NCBI GenBank assembly: GCA_035559535.1
Contig: DATMBG010000013.1
Span: 1-44,017, forward strand
Length of the DNA: 44,017 nucleotides
Direction: 5' to 3'
Source of the DNA: Candidatus Limnocylindrales bacterium
GTDB taxonomy: Bacteria > Moduliflexota > Moduliflexia > Moduliflexales > JAUQPW01
The stretch's first letter is position 1, and every line of letters starts with the position of its first letter. The notes beneath the pieces were generated by a model. The model was given only the letters and a program-made list of their open reading frames with translations, was not told the origin of the DNA and made no database searches. Both the position numbers and the translations under genes were made by a program. Below are positions 28,796-36,836 of the stretch, piece after piece.

Positions 28796-29473
28796 ATGAT
28801 CCAATCTACCAATGGTCATACCGATGGTCATAGAGAAACAATATCCAGGGTTATTCAAAGGATAGCCGTAGACGCCTGCAGAAGTCGGCTCCTATCCGGG
28901 ATAACTCACTCAGCAGGTCGAAACCGGGCTCAGAAAATTCTCAAGATCCTCCGGGGATGGCTTCCCGAAACCGGAAAGATTCTGGATATCGGTACCGGTA
29001 TGGGATATGTAGCCGAAGCCATCCAGGAGGCTGGTTACCGGGTAATGGCCTGTGACATTGCCGACCTCTGCCTCGTGGATCTCCCTCGAGTCCTTGCAAA
29101 TGGTACCCAACTCCCTTTCCCTGATTCCCTCTTCGATGCTTCGCTCCTGATCACAGTCTTACACCATCTACCCGCTCACCTTCACCTACCTGTACTCCTG
29201 GAAGGGGTCCGGGTGTTGCGGCCCAAGGGACGTCTCCTGATCCTGGAAGATACTTACCAGGGTTCTTTCGAACGGTTCATAACCTATCTGCAGGACAGTC
29301 TGATGAACCTGGAATTTATCGGGCATCCCCACTCGAACCGGGACCTGAAAGGATGGAGGAATTTGATAAACCGGCTTGGGTTACGTTTGATCCATCATAG
29401 CGAATTTGTTGCGTGGTTTGGCCCTTTTCGGATGCGGCATGCAATCCTGGTGATCGAATCGGCGGGAGTCTGA
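28796..29473 (+). CDS. Class I SAM-dependent methyltransferase
   Basis: ILDIGTGMG, LPFPDSLFD, VLHH, RVLRPKG; start uncertain (28787 or 28796). Confidence 0.9.
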   Translation: MIQSTNGHTDGHRETISRVIQRIAVDACRSRLLSGITHSAGRNRAQKILKILRGWLPETGKILDIGTGMGYVAEAIQEAGYRVMACDIADLCLVDLPRVLANGTQLPFPDSLFDASLLITVLHHLPAHLHLPVLLEGVRVLRPKGRLLILEDTYQGSFERFITYLQDSLMNLEFIGHPHSNRDLKGWRNLINRLGLRLIHHSEFVAWFGPFRMRHAILVIESAGV

Positions 29474-29481
29474 TCCTTTTT

Positions 29482-29590
29482 CTCACCCCATCCTACTCCG
29501 TAGACGGGGAAGGTCTTATAATCTATATGAATCTCTGCTCTCACCCCTAGCCCCTCTCCCACGCTGCGGGAGAGGGGAGTTGGGGAGTGA
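29482..29590. repeat. REP-like CCCTCTCCC-N-GGGAGAGGG palindromes
   Basis: CCCCTCTCCCACGCTGCGGGAGAGGGG; relatives near 34233-34272 and 36765-36789. Confidence 0.65.
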
Positions 29591-29748
29591 AAGCAGCCCC
29601 ATGAGGCCAAAATTAAGTAAACCGTGTAATAGTTTTGTTTTGACATTCCGGGTATACCAGGGTATTCTCGAATTAGGGAATTTTCATGTGGTTGAATTAA
29701 TTAACCTAAAGGGTCTCTTGCAACAGGGGATCCAATCAGGAGGTTTCA

Positions 29749-31260
29749 ATGAAACGATTTTTCTCAAAGATCAACACGTCGGGTACGTATAGAGGGATGT
29801 CTTTGTTTTTTCCAGATCTGAAATCCCCCCACCAGGCTATAGGGTACCTGGGAATCCCACGGATTCTTAAAGGAATGTTCTGGTTGTTTTTGTTTTGGAA
29901 TATAGGTCACGCAGAGGCAGGATGGCTGGGAATCGAACTCCAAGAAAGACTTATAGACCCTGCCAGAGGTTTATCGGTGGTCATGGTAAAGGCCGTAATA
30001 CCTGAGAGTCCGGCGGCTATAGCCGGGATTCAACCGGGTGATCTTCTTCTTACCATCCAGGGGAAACCTGCCGTCCGGGTTCAAGAGCTTATCCATGAGA
30101 TTCAAACTCTTCCACCGGGAACCCAACTTCCCATTGAATTGCTTCGATCCGGTCAAAAGTTGACCCTAACCCTGACTCTTGGGAGTTTACCAACCCATCT
30201 TTCACCGATCCCTTCTCAACCTGACACTTCGTCTTCGAGTTCTTCCCAGCAGAAAAACAGGTCGGAAACTTCCCAGGTTCCCGAATTTTCAACTTCCTTA
30301 TCCAAAAACCAAGAAGACCGAAAAGTTAGCCTGGAGCTGGAGACATATAACGCAGGATTTTTCTCCTTAGACAAGCCTAAAGGGTGGACGGTTATTACAG
30401 CCGGAGCCTGTTCCACCCTGGCCTTTTTAATCCGAGATCCTTCGGAATCTCTTCGACAGATTTTCTATTTCAGCCTGGCCGGACCGGTTTATATGAATAT
30501 TCAACAAAAGCAACAAGATTATCAGTACATGCGTATGGGCGGCATTCCCATTCCCTGGATTGAGATGCCTGTGGTAGATCCTCTGACGCCAGGCAATTTT
30601 CTGACCCAGTTTCATCTCATGGTCCAGACTCAGGCAGCCCGACAATTTATGCCGAAAGCACCCGACCTGGAAAACCTCCAGATTATCTCGACCACTCCTC
30701 AACCCAGTTTCTTAGGGGGTCAAACAGAATTAATTCGGGCTCTGTTTGTCCAGGATAATAAACTGGGTGAGGGTTTATTTCTACTTACAGTAACTCCTGC
30801 CCCCATAGGAAGCATTGCCTTCGGGTCGATGTTTGTAGGAATCACCGCTCCTAAACAAGAGTTTCGATTTCTTGAAGAAACCCTTATTAAATCTGTTCAA
30901 AGCTTTACGATAAGTCAATCTTATATAAATAACTGCATCAGACAACAAGATCAGGATACTAAAGCCCTTCTCAAGGCTGGAAAGACCCTCGGCGAGGCAT
31001 CAGACTTAATTATGAAAAGCTGGGAAGACCGCAATAAGGTGGAAGATATCCTCTCTGAAAAGAGAAGTGATGCAATTTTGGGAAAAGAGCGACTTTATGA
31101 TCCTGCTACCAAAGAGGTCTATGAATTTAAAAATGGTTTCTACGATCAATATCAACTAAATCAGAATAAATATGAAATGAATAACTTACAACCTTTACCT
31201 CAGAACGACTATGAGCTTTGGATGAAAACCCCTCTGGATGGGTATAGACATCTTAAATAG
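29749..31260 (+). CDS. Exported PDZ-domain protein with uncharacterised C-terminal domain
   Basis: GWLGIEL...SPAAIAGIQPGDLL (PDZ), Ser-rich linker; signal-like segment ending AEA; true start may be later, near 29875. Confidence 0.75.
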   Translation: MKRFFSKINTSGTYRGMSLFFPDLKSPHQAIGYLGIPRILKGMFWLFLFWNIGHAEAGWLGIELQERLIDPARGLSVVMVKAVIPESPAAIAGIQPGDLLLTIQGKPAVRVQELIHEIQTLPPGTQLPIELLRSGQKLTLTLTLGSLPTHLSPIPSQPDTSSSSSSQQKNRSETSQVPEFSTSLSKNQEDRKVSLELETYNAGFFSLDKPKGWTVITAGACSTLAFLIRDPSESLRQIFYFSLAGPVYMNIQQKQQDYQYMRMGGIPIPWIEMPVVDPLTPGNFLTQFHLMVQTQAARQFMPKAPDLENLQIISTTPQPSFLGGQTELIRALFVQDNKLGEGLFLLTVTPAPIGSIAFGSMFVGITAPKQEFRFLEETLIKSVQSFTISQSYINNCIRQQDQDTKALLKAGKTLGEASDLIMKSWEDRNKVEDILSEKRSDAILGKERLYDPATKEVYEFKNGFYDQYQLNQNKYEMNNLQPLPQNDYELWMKTPLDGYRHLK

Positions 31261-31310
31261 CTGTTACCAAACCCAATTTTGGGTTTTAATTTTCTTCGGC
31301 CTTAAAAGCT

Positions 31311-31666
31311 GTGCAAATTTTGCATCTCAAAATTCCCCCTTTATCGGAGTTACAGTGGGCATTGGAAGTGATCGACCGTCAGATGCATCAGATGACGCGG
31401 CTCATTGAGGACCTGTTGGACCTTGCTCAAATTACCAGCAACAAGCTGGAACTCCATAAGAGCCGGGTCGAATTGGGGGGAGGTGATAAATGACTCTGAT
31501 CGCCGTGACCGGCTGGAGCCAGAAGATGGATAGATACCGCTCCAAGGAAGCCGGGTTCGATCATCACGTGGTTAAGCCGGTGAATCCTACCGCTCTGCTG
31601 CATCTGCTGGAACAGGCTGTATTGAGTCAGCAAAAGCGCCACCTGACAAACTATCAGACCGGGTGA
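31311..31666 (+). pseudogene. Remnant of a hybrid histidine kinase (HisKA tail plus receiver tail)
   Basis: VIDRQMHQMTRLIEDLLDLAQI (31311-31493), then LIAVTGW...EAGFDHHVVKPV (31490-31666). Confidence 0.8.
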
Positions 31667-31687
31667 AAATCCGGTCGGATAGTTTTT
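31648..31687 (+). terminator. Terminator-like hairpin
   Basis: AAACTATCAGACCGG-N8-CCGGTCGGATAGTTT followed by TT. Confidence 0.5.
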
Positions 31688-31742
31688 CTATCCTTGCCCT
31701 CAAGGTAATAAATCCTACAAGGGGAACGAAAGGGTTTTTTGT

Positions 31743-31901
31743 GTATCCGTATCCATTTAGTAGGTGGAAAAAGAAACACCCCCCTGGCCCCCCTCCAGGA
31801 GGGACTGACGTAGGGTTGCTGCTGCTGAAGCCCCTCCTGGAGGGGGGCCAGGGGGGTGTTCAGACAGAAAAAAGTGACCCCTACTAAATGGTTACAGTTA
31901 C
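31743..31901. mobile_element. MITE, complete copy with 9-bp TSD
   Basis: Imperfect TIRs GTATCCGTATCCATTTAGTAGG / CCTACTAAATGGTTACAGTTAC; flanked by GTTTTTTGT at 31734-31742 and 31902-31910. Confidence 0.88.
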
Positions 31902-31918
31902 GTTTTTTGTTATTTTCG

Positions 31919-31947
31919 TTGACAGGGAGTTAATCAGGTTGTAATAT
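31919..31947 (+). promoter_or_regulatory. Putative sigma70 promoter of the carD-like gene
   Basis: TTGACA-N17-TAATAT. Confidence 0.6.
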
Positions 31948-32016
31948 ATTTTTCTGTATAAAAATCACCTATCAGGTCTTAAGTACCTGAACTTTTAAAC
32001 AGATTAAGGTTATAGA

Positions 32017-32084
32017 GATCATTTTTGATCGTTTTGATAAGCCCTCAAAGATAATCTTTAAAACTTTGAGGGCTTTTCTTTTTT
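32017..32084 (+). promoter_or_regulatory. Conserved 5' leader with terminator-like hairpin (copy A)
   Basis: GATCATTTTTGATCG...AAGCCCTCAAAG-N13-CTTTGAGGGCTT-TTCTTTTTT. Confidence 0.7.
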
Positions 32085-32109
32085 GTCTGAGGGCGTCAAG
32101 GAGATGGGT

Positions 32110-32670
32110 ATGCTAAAATTTAAGAAAGGAGATCAGGTAGTTTACCCTCTTATCGGGCAAGGAAAAGTTGTAGAGGTCTCCTACAAAGAGTTCTACGGAG
32201 AGAAAAAGTTATTTTACACACTGAGATTAGAAGCCAGAGGGGTTAAAAGTATCGTTTATCTTTCTGTAGAATCCAGTGAAAAATTAGGACTTCGAAAGGC
32301 TATGACCCGGGAAGATATTCCGGAGGTGATGGCTATATTACAGAGACAGACTTCAACAGAGGAGGTTATTCTGGATAACAAAAGATCATCGGAAAGGCGT
32401 ACAAAACAAATTGAGACCTTGAGAGTAAGAGGATTTCAAGGGCTAGCTCTGGTGGTATCTGATCTTTATAGCTTCTTTCAAACTAATTCACGAAAACCAG
32501 GCATGGAGAATGACCTCTATAAATCTTCTTCTCAAGAATTAGGAAAAGAGCTTGCCGTTGCTTTAGAAGTGGATTTCAAGGAAGCAGAAAAGATGATTCG
32601 TGAAGCTCTATCGCAAAAAGATCAGTCTTTGCAGTTTCCCCAGATCGATCTCTCCAAAGACAGGAGATAA
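32110..32670 (+). CDS. carD: CarD family transcriptional regulator (divergent)
   Basis: FKKGDQVVYPLIGQG...KLGLR; C-terminal ELAVAL; SD AAGGAG before ATG 32110. Confidence 0.82.
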   Translation: MLKFKKGDQVVYPLIGQGKVVEVSYKEFYGEKKLFYTLRLEARGVKSIVYLSVESSEKLGLRKAMTREDIPEVMAILQRQTSTEEVILDNKRSSERRTKQIETLRVRGFQGLALVVSDLYSFFQTNSRKPGMENDLYKSSSQELGKELAVALEVDFKEAEKMIREALSQKDQSLQFPQIDLSKDRR

Positions 32671-32726
32671 TCAGATAATGTTTTGATCTCAACAGCCTAA
32701 TTTAAATTTATCAAGGGTATAAAAAA

Positions 32727-32978
32727 ATGAGTAACAAAAAAATTCGGAGTTTTGACTGTGGGGTTGTTCACGAGGTGGTACAAATTTACCTGACAGAGAA
32801 AAGAAGCCTTGGACTAGAAAGTCAAAGAAGCTATTTTATCCAATGTAATCAAGAAGACTGCCAGTATGTAGAAGAAAACAAGCTGCCCTGTCCTCTCAAT
32901 CTGGCTATGTTTGCTGAAGAACTCAATGAGCGCCGGCAAAAGATGAAGCAACGTAAAGAAAATGCACAAGATCATTAA
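32727..32978 (+). CDS. Small hypothetical Cys-containing protein
   Basis: 83 aa with CxxxH...C-x4-C-x9-CP; co-oriented after carD. Confidence 0.65.
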   Translation: MSNKKIRSFDCGVVHEVVQIYLTEKRSLGLESQRSYFIQCNQEDCQYVEENKLPCPLNLAMFAEELNERRQKMKQRKENAQDH

Positions 32979-33102
32979 GCTGGTTGCCGGTAATTAAGAT
33001 CAAGCCTATTAAGATTACAACTTCTTCTTGTATCCTTCTTTGTCTGGACAAAGTGCCGAATATAATCTTTATTATCGACTCCCTGGATTATCCAGTGAAT
33101 TC

Positions 33103-33279
33103 TTATTCGACAAGAATTGCCCTGATCGCCTGAACTATTCGGTCTTCCCTTCCTATTACTTTAGCTATATCCTCATGGTTTGGTGGGTAAGTTCTAAAAT
33201 AAGTATTCCTTTTCCTTTGGACCCCGCTATTTTAATCTTCTTCGGATTATCTACAAAGAACTCGGAGTAGATCTTTTAC
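33103..33279 (-). pseudogene. khpA: Decayed KH-domain RNA-binding protein (KhpA/UPF0109-like)
   Basis: Across two frameshifts: VKDLLRVL / VDNPKKIKIAGSKGKGILILELT / HEDIAKVIGREDRIVQAIRAIL. Confidence 0.7.
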
Positions 33280-33337
33280 AACTTTTCCCCTTCTTAACTT
33301 TCAACCCCGAGGAGGGATCAATACTTTCAGGATAATA

Positions 33338-33373
33338 CCTTTTAGTATGAAAATAAATTTTCATACTAAAAGG
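33338..33373. other. Perfect 17-bp inverted repeat
   Basis: CCTTTTAGTATGAAAAT-AA-ATTTTCATACTAAAAGG. Confidence 0.75.
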
Positions 33374-33480
33374 CATACGAAATCATGGGTATAGTCGTCG
33401 GCTTATTCGAGATGAGCTGTTACCGTCAGACTAACCGTCGAAGGTGGTAATAAGAAGATAACTTTAAGATTTCTAACCTC

Positions 33481-33804
33481 TTACCAGCGTCTCTCCCTTG
33501 GGTTATTCTTGCCTCGATAACCACCTCGATTCTTATCTCCACCATTTCTATCATTCCGTTTCGGTCTTGCTTCATTGACTACCAGGTTTCTATCTCTGAA
33601 CGTTTTTCCATTTAACAGACTGATAGCGTTCTGAGCTTCTTCCTCAGAAGACATTTCCACAAAACCAAACCCCCTGGATTGTCCTGTGTATTGATCGGTA
33701 ATGATATTAACGGAGGTAACAGTACCTGCTTCTCCAAAAAGGGCCTCCAAATCACTAACGGTGGTTTGATAAGAAAGATTCCCGACATATAAATTCGTTG
33801 ACAT
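33481..33804 (-). CDS. RRM (RNP-1) RNA-binding protein with Gly/Arg-rich tail
   Basis: RNP2 LYVGNL, RNP1 RGFGFVEM, VNEARP. Confidence 0.96.
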   Translation of the reverse strand: MSTNLYVGNLSYQTTVSDLEALFGEAGTVTSVNIITDQYTGQSRGFGFVEMSSEEEAQNAISLLNGKTFRDRNLVVNEARPKRNDRNGGDKNRGGYRGKNNPRERRW

Positions 33805-33816
33805 GAGCGATTCTCC

Positions 33817-33894
33817 TAAACAAAAAGCCCTCAGAGTTCTAAAGATAACCTCTGAGGGCTTTATTGAAAAACTATAAAGCGATCAAAAATGATC
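33817..33894 (-). promoter_or_regulatory. Conserved 5' leader with terminator-like hairpin (copy B)
   Basis: Minus strand GATCATTTTTGATCG...AAAGCCCTCAGAG-N13-CTCTGAGGGCTTTTTGTTT, then SD AGGAG. Confidence 0.7.
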
Positions 33895-33963
33895 TTTATT
33901 GACTGAATTGGTCCAGAAATTCTGGATTCCTACACAAGCTAAGATTTAAATTAGCTACATAAT

Positions 33964-33992
33964 AAATTAGCCTCTCTTTTAGTTTCTGTCAA
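33964..33992 (-). promoter_or_regulatory. Putative sigma70 promoter of the RRM gene
   Basis: Minus strand TTGACA-N17-TAATTT. Confidence 0.55.
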
Positions 33993-34011
33993 TGAATAAT
34001 TTTTCCAATAA

Positions 34012-34164
34012 GTAACTGCAACAATTTAGTAGGTGTCACTTTTTCTGTCTGAACACCCCCTGGCCCCCCCTCCAGGGGGGACTGACGTGGGGTTGCTGCT
34101 GCTGAAGTCCCCCTGGAGGGGCAGAGGGTGTTTCTTTTTCCACCTACTAAATTGATACAGATAC
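34012..34164. mobile_element. MITE, complete copy inverted relative to 31743-31901
   Basis: TIRs GTAACTGCAACAATTTAGTAGG / CCTACTAAATTGATACAGATAC; flanks TTCCAATAA and TTTCCATAA (degenerate TSD). Confidence 0.85.
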
Positions 34165-34420
34165 TTTCCATAATTTTTTTATAGTTCTCTCAATCTGGCT
34201 TTCTTTCCTGATAGTACTGCTTTTTTCCCAACTCCCCTTCTCCCCTTGTGGGAGAGGGGCCGGAGGCGAGGGCTGCTTAAAGTCAAGCAAAGCTAAGTGA
34301 TCGTCTACCTGCCCATGTCGTCTGAAAAGGTAGAATCATCTCGAAAATCCTTTATTTAGAGGTTTTCATGCCCTTGGGATTTACATTACCCCGGAAACGA
34401 TCATCTGTACAGCTTCTCTT

Positions 34421-35182
34421 CTAATCTACGGCTTCCAGGCCAAAGATCTCCACATCTACTCCGGGAGACATAAGGGAGTGATTCCAATCCCCCTCGGGTT
34501 TCGATAAGCCATTCAGGGTAAACAGATTTTTATCACTTTGGCTGACTTCAACCTCTACCAGAGGATAGGGAACATGATGGACCCTTGCCCGGAAGAGTTT
34601 CTTACGCCGGCTGGAGTAGGCAAATAAAATATATCTTTCGATCAGAAAAAACTCTAAAGTTTCTGGTTCTGCCTGATGACGATTTGAGATAGGCCGATAT
34701 CTAAACCGGGTCTTTAAAGAAATGTCAGAGCCGAACCGGTGAGAGGAGTATAAAATTTCCTTTGTATCAGGATGGATCTCTGCTTGCATCGTGGCATAAA
34801 AGTAGGGCAGGTTAAAACTTAATCGAGCAATTTGCACGGCCAGCCATTGATTGGCATCCAATGAATAAAACCAAATTCCGGGTATACCGTGAGGATCATA
34901 AACATAGGTTCTCACATTGAGTTCCTGAAAATCTGATAGACCTGGTACGGTCGGAAAAAAGCGAGGACGTACGTCTTTCATGAAAAAGGGAATAATCCCT
35001 ATATAGGCGTTACCTTCAAAGGTATCTACCTGCAATCCTTCTGGTAAGGTGCGTTGAATGGCCTTCCCATCATATTCCCAATGTAAAAAGAGTAAGTTTC
35101 GCCACTTTTGGTACATGATAGGATTTCTATGGGTTGGTCGTTCTCTTACTTCTTGCCGTTTTAAAGAAGTCGGTTGTTCCAT
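34421..35182 (-). CDS. YqjF/DUF2071 family protein
   Basis: MYQKWRNLLFLHW, ELNVRTYV, FYSLDA, FLIERY. Confidence 0.9.
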   Translation of the reverse strand: MEQPTSLKRQEVRERPTHRNPIMYQKWRNLLFLHWEYDGKAIQRTLPEGLQVDTFEGNAYIGIIPFFMKDVRPRFFPTVPGLSDFQELNVRTYVYDPHGIPGIWFYSLDANQWLAVQIARLSFNLPYFYATMQAEIHPDTKEILYSSHRFGSDISLKTRFRYRPISNRHQAEPETLEFFLIERYILFAYSSRRKKLFRARVHHVPYPLVEVEVSQSDKNLFTLNGLSKPEGDWNHSLMSPGVDVEIFGLEAVD

Positions 35183-35553
35183 AAAAGGTTTTCCATAGCC
35201 ATAGGGTTAGAGTTTTAAATTTCATTCCAGGATACGTATCATAAAAAATGTTTGCCTATATGGGGTAGATGTCAATTAAAATAAAGAAAAACAGTGTGAA
35301 ATGGATCTTCCTGAAGAGATTGCCCCCCACTTTGCTACAGGAGCATGAAGTTCCTGAAGGGTTCAGGGGATAGCCGCGGCTTGAAGAATGTTTAGAACTC
35401 TATCATCCGGTAGTTTGATGGATGAAGCTTCGGCGTTGAGTCGTGCCAAGAGTCCCCCAAAATGCGATAAATACAGGGGTGTATAGGAGCTTCTAAAAGA
35501 GAAAGATAAAAGTAATCTAGAGGCGATCGGTCGATCGCCCGTACTAAGGTGTT

Positions 35554-36276
35554 ATGACCGTTCGAATAGGTACCTCAGGTTGGGTTTATAACCACTGGCG
35601 TGGAATCTTTTACCCAAGAGGGTTACACCAGAAGGATTGGTTTAACTATTACGCACGGGAGTTTAATACCGTCGAGATCAATAATTCATTTTATCGGCTC
35701 CCGAGCTCGGTTACTTTCGAAGCGTGGCGTGAGCAGGCGCCCCTTGATTTTCTTTACGCCGTCAAGGCCAGCCGTTTCCTTACCCACTTTAAAAGACTCA
35801 AAGACCCCGAGGAATCGCTCCAAAGGTTCTTTGATCATGCCCGTCATTTAGGTAGAACTCTTGGCCCAGTACTTTATCAGCTTCCACCGCACTGGCAGGT
35901 CAACCTGCCGCGGTTTGAATATTTTCTGGCAGCCTTACCGAAGGAATATGTCCATGTTGTCGAATTCCGTGATACGAGCTGGTTGATTGAAGAGACTTTT
36001 CAGCTTATGGAACGCTATCATGTTGCCCATTGTATCCATGATAGGCATCCGCTGCAAATTCCTATCCGCCTGACCTCACCACCAGTCTACCTCCGTTTTC
36101 ATGGTGATCCTACCTGCGGTGGCGATTATCAACCCGCAGCCCTCGAAACCTGGGCCAGGCGCATGGATGATTGGTGTAACCAAAAGCTTGATATCTTCGT
36201 CTACTTTAATAATGATATCCACGGTTATGCCATAAAAAATGCCAGAATGCTGAAAAAGCTACTGACTAAAAGTTAA
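35554..36276 (+). CDS. DUF72 (YecE) family protein
   Basis: IGTSGW, TVEINNSFY, LYQLPP, YLRFHG, YFNND. Confidence 0.93.
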   Translation: MTVRIGTSGWVYNHWRGIFYPRGLHQKDWFNYYAREFNTVEINNSFYRLPSSVTFEAWREQAPLDFLYAVKASRFLTHFKRLKDPEESLQRFFDHARHLGRTLGPVLYQLPPHWQVNLPRFEYFLAALPKEYVHVVEFRDTSWLIEETFQLMERYHVAHCIHDRHPLQIPIRLTSPPVYLRFHGDPTCGGDYQPAALETWARRMDDWCNQKLDIFVYFNNDIHGYAIKNARMLKKLLTKS

Positions 36277-36412
36277 ATGATACAGTGGGTCATGAATGCT
36301 TTCATTCTAACCTCAACGAATGGGTATAATACTAATTCCCTGGTTTCACAGATAGGAGCAATCCAGGGATTGCTCCTTTAATTCCATGGAAGCCTATAGA
36401 TTACCGGCTCTT

Positions 36413-36721
36413 TTAGTCAAAATCAAACAAATCTTCTAGAAACGATTTACGTCTTTTCCTTTTATAATAGTCGCTGTCTTCATATTCCCAATGGTTAGGA
36501 TCGTATTCTTCAAAGTCTCTTTTATAGGATCCGGTATCCTCCTGTCTTCGATACCTATCGCTATAATCTTCTCTCCAGGGAGATGTAGTTATGGATCGTT
36601 GGATTATTTTATCCAATTCTCCTCGATCTAACCATATTCCCCGGCATTGGGGACAATAATCCATCTCAATTCCCTGACGATTCGATAGCTTAAGTTCTAC
36701 CTGGCAAACGGGACAATACAT
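36413..36721 (-). CDS. zf-TFIIB zinc-ribbon protein
   Basis: CPVC...DYCPQCRGIWLDRGELDKII...KSFLEDLFD. Confidence 0.92.
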   Translation of the reverse strand: MYCPVCQVELKLSNRQGIEMDYCPQCRGIWLDRGELDKIIQRSITTSPWREDYSDRYRRQEDTGSYKRDFEEYDPNHWEYEDSDYYKRKRRKSFLEDLFDFD

Positions 36722-36836
36722 TTGTAATCCTCCTACCTATTCGTGCATGACCTGGAGGACTTTCTACCCTCCCCGTGGACGGGGAAGGTTCTAAATTACT
36801 CACCCTTTCAGGTCATGATGGGTCTTAACGATGCTT

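Noticed and set aside
21560..31901. Composite transposon carrying the ECF/STAND locus between inverted MITE ends
   Set aside because: The 31743-31901 copy has its own TSD on both sides and the outer flanks (TGAGGAGAT versus GTTTTTTGT) do not match, so the insertions look independent.
33028..33270. Plus-strand 80-aa ORF
   Set aside because: TTG start, no motif; it is the shadow of the minus-strand khpA remnant.
31663..34171. ORFs 31663-31887 and 33989-34171
   Set aside because: They are readings through MITE sequence.
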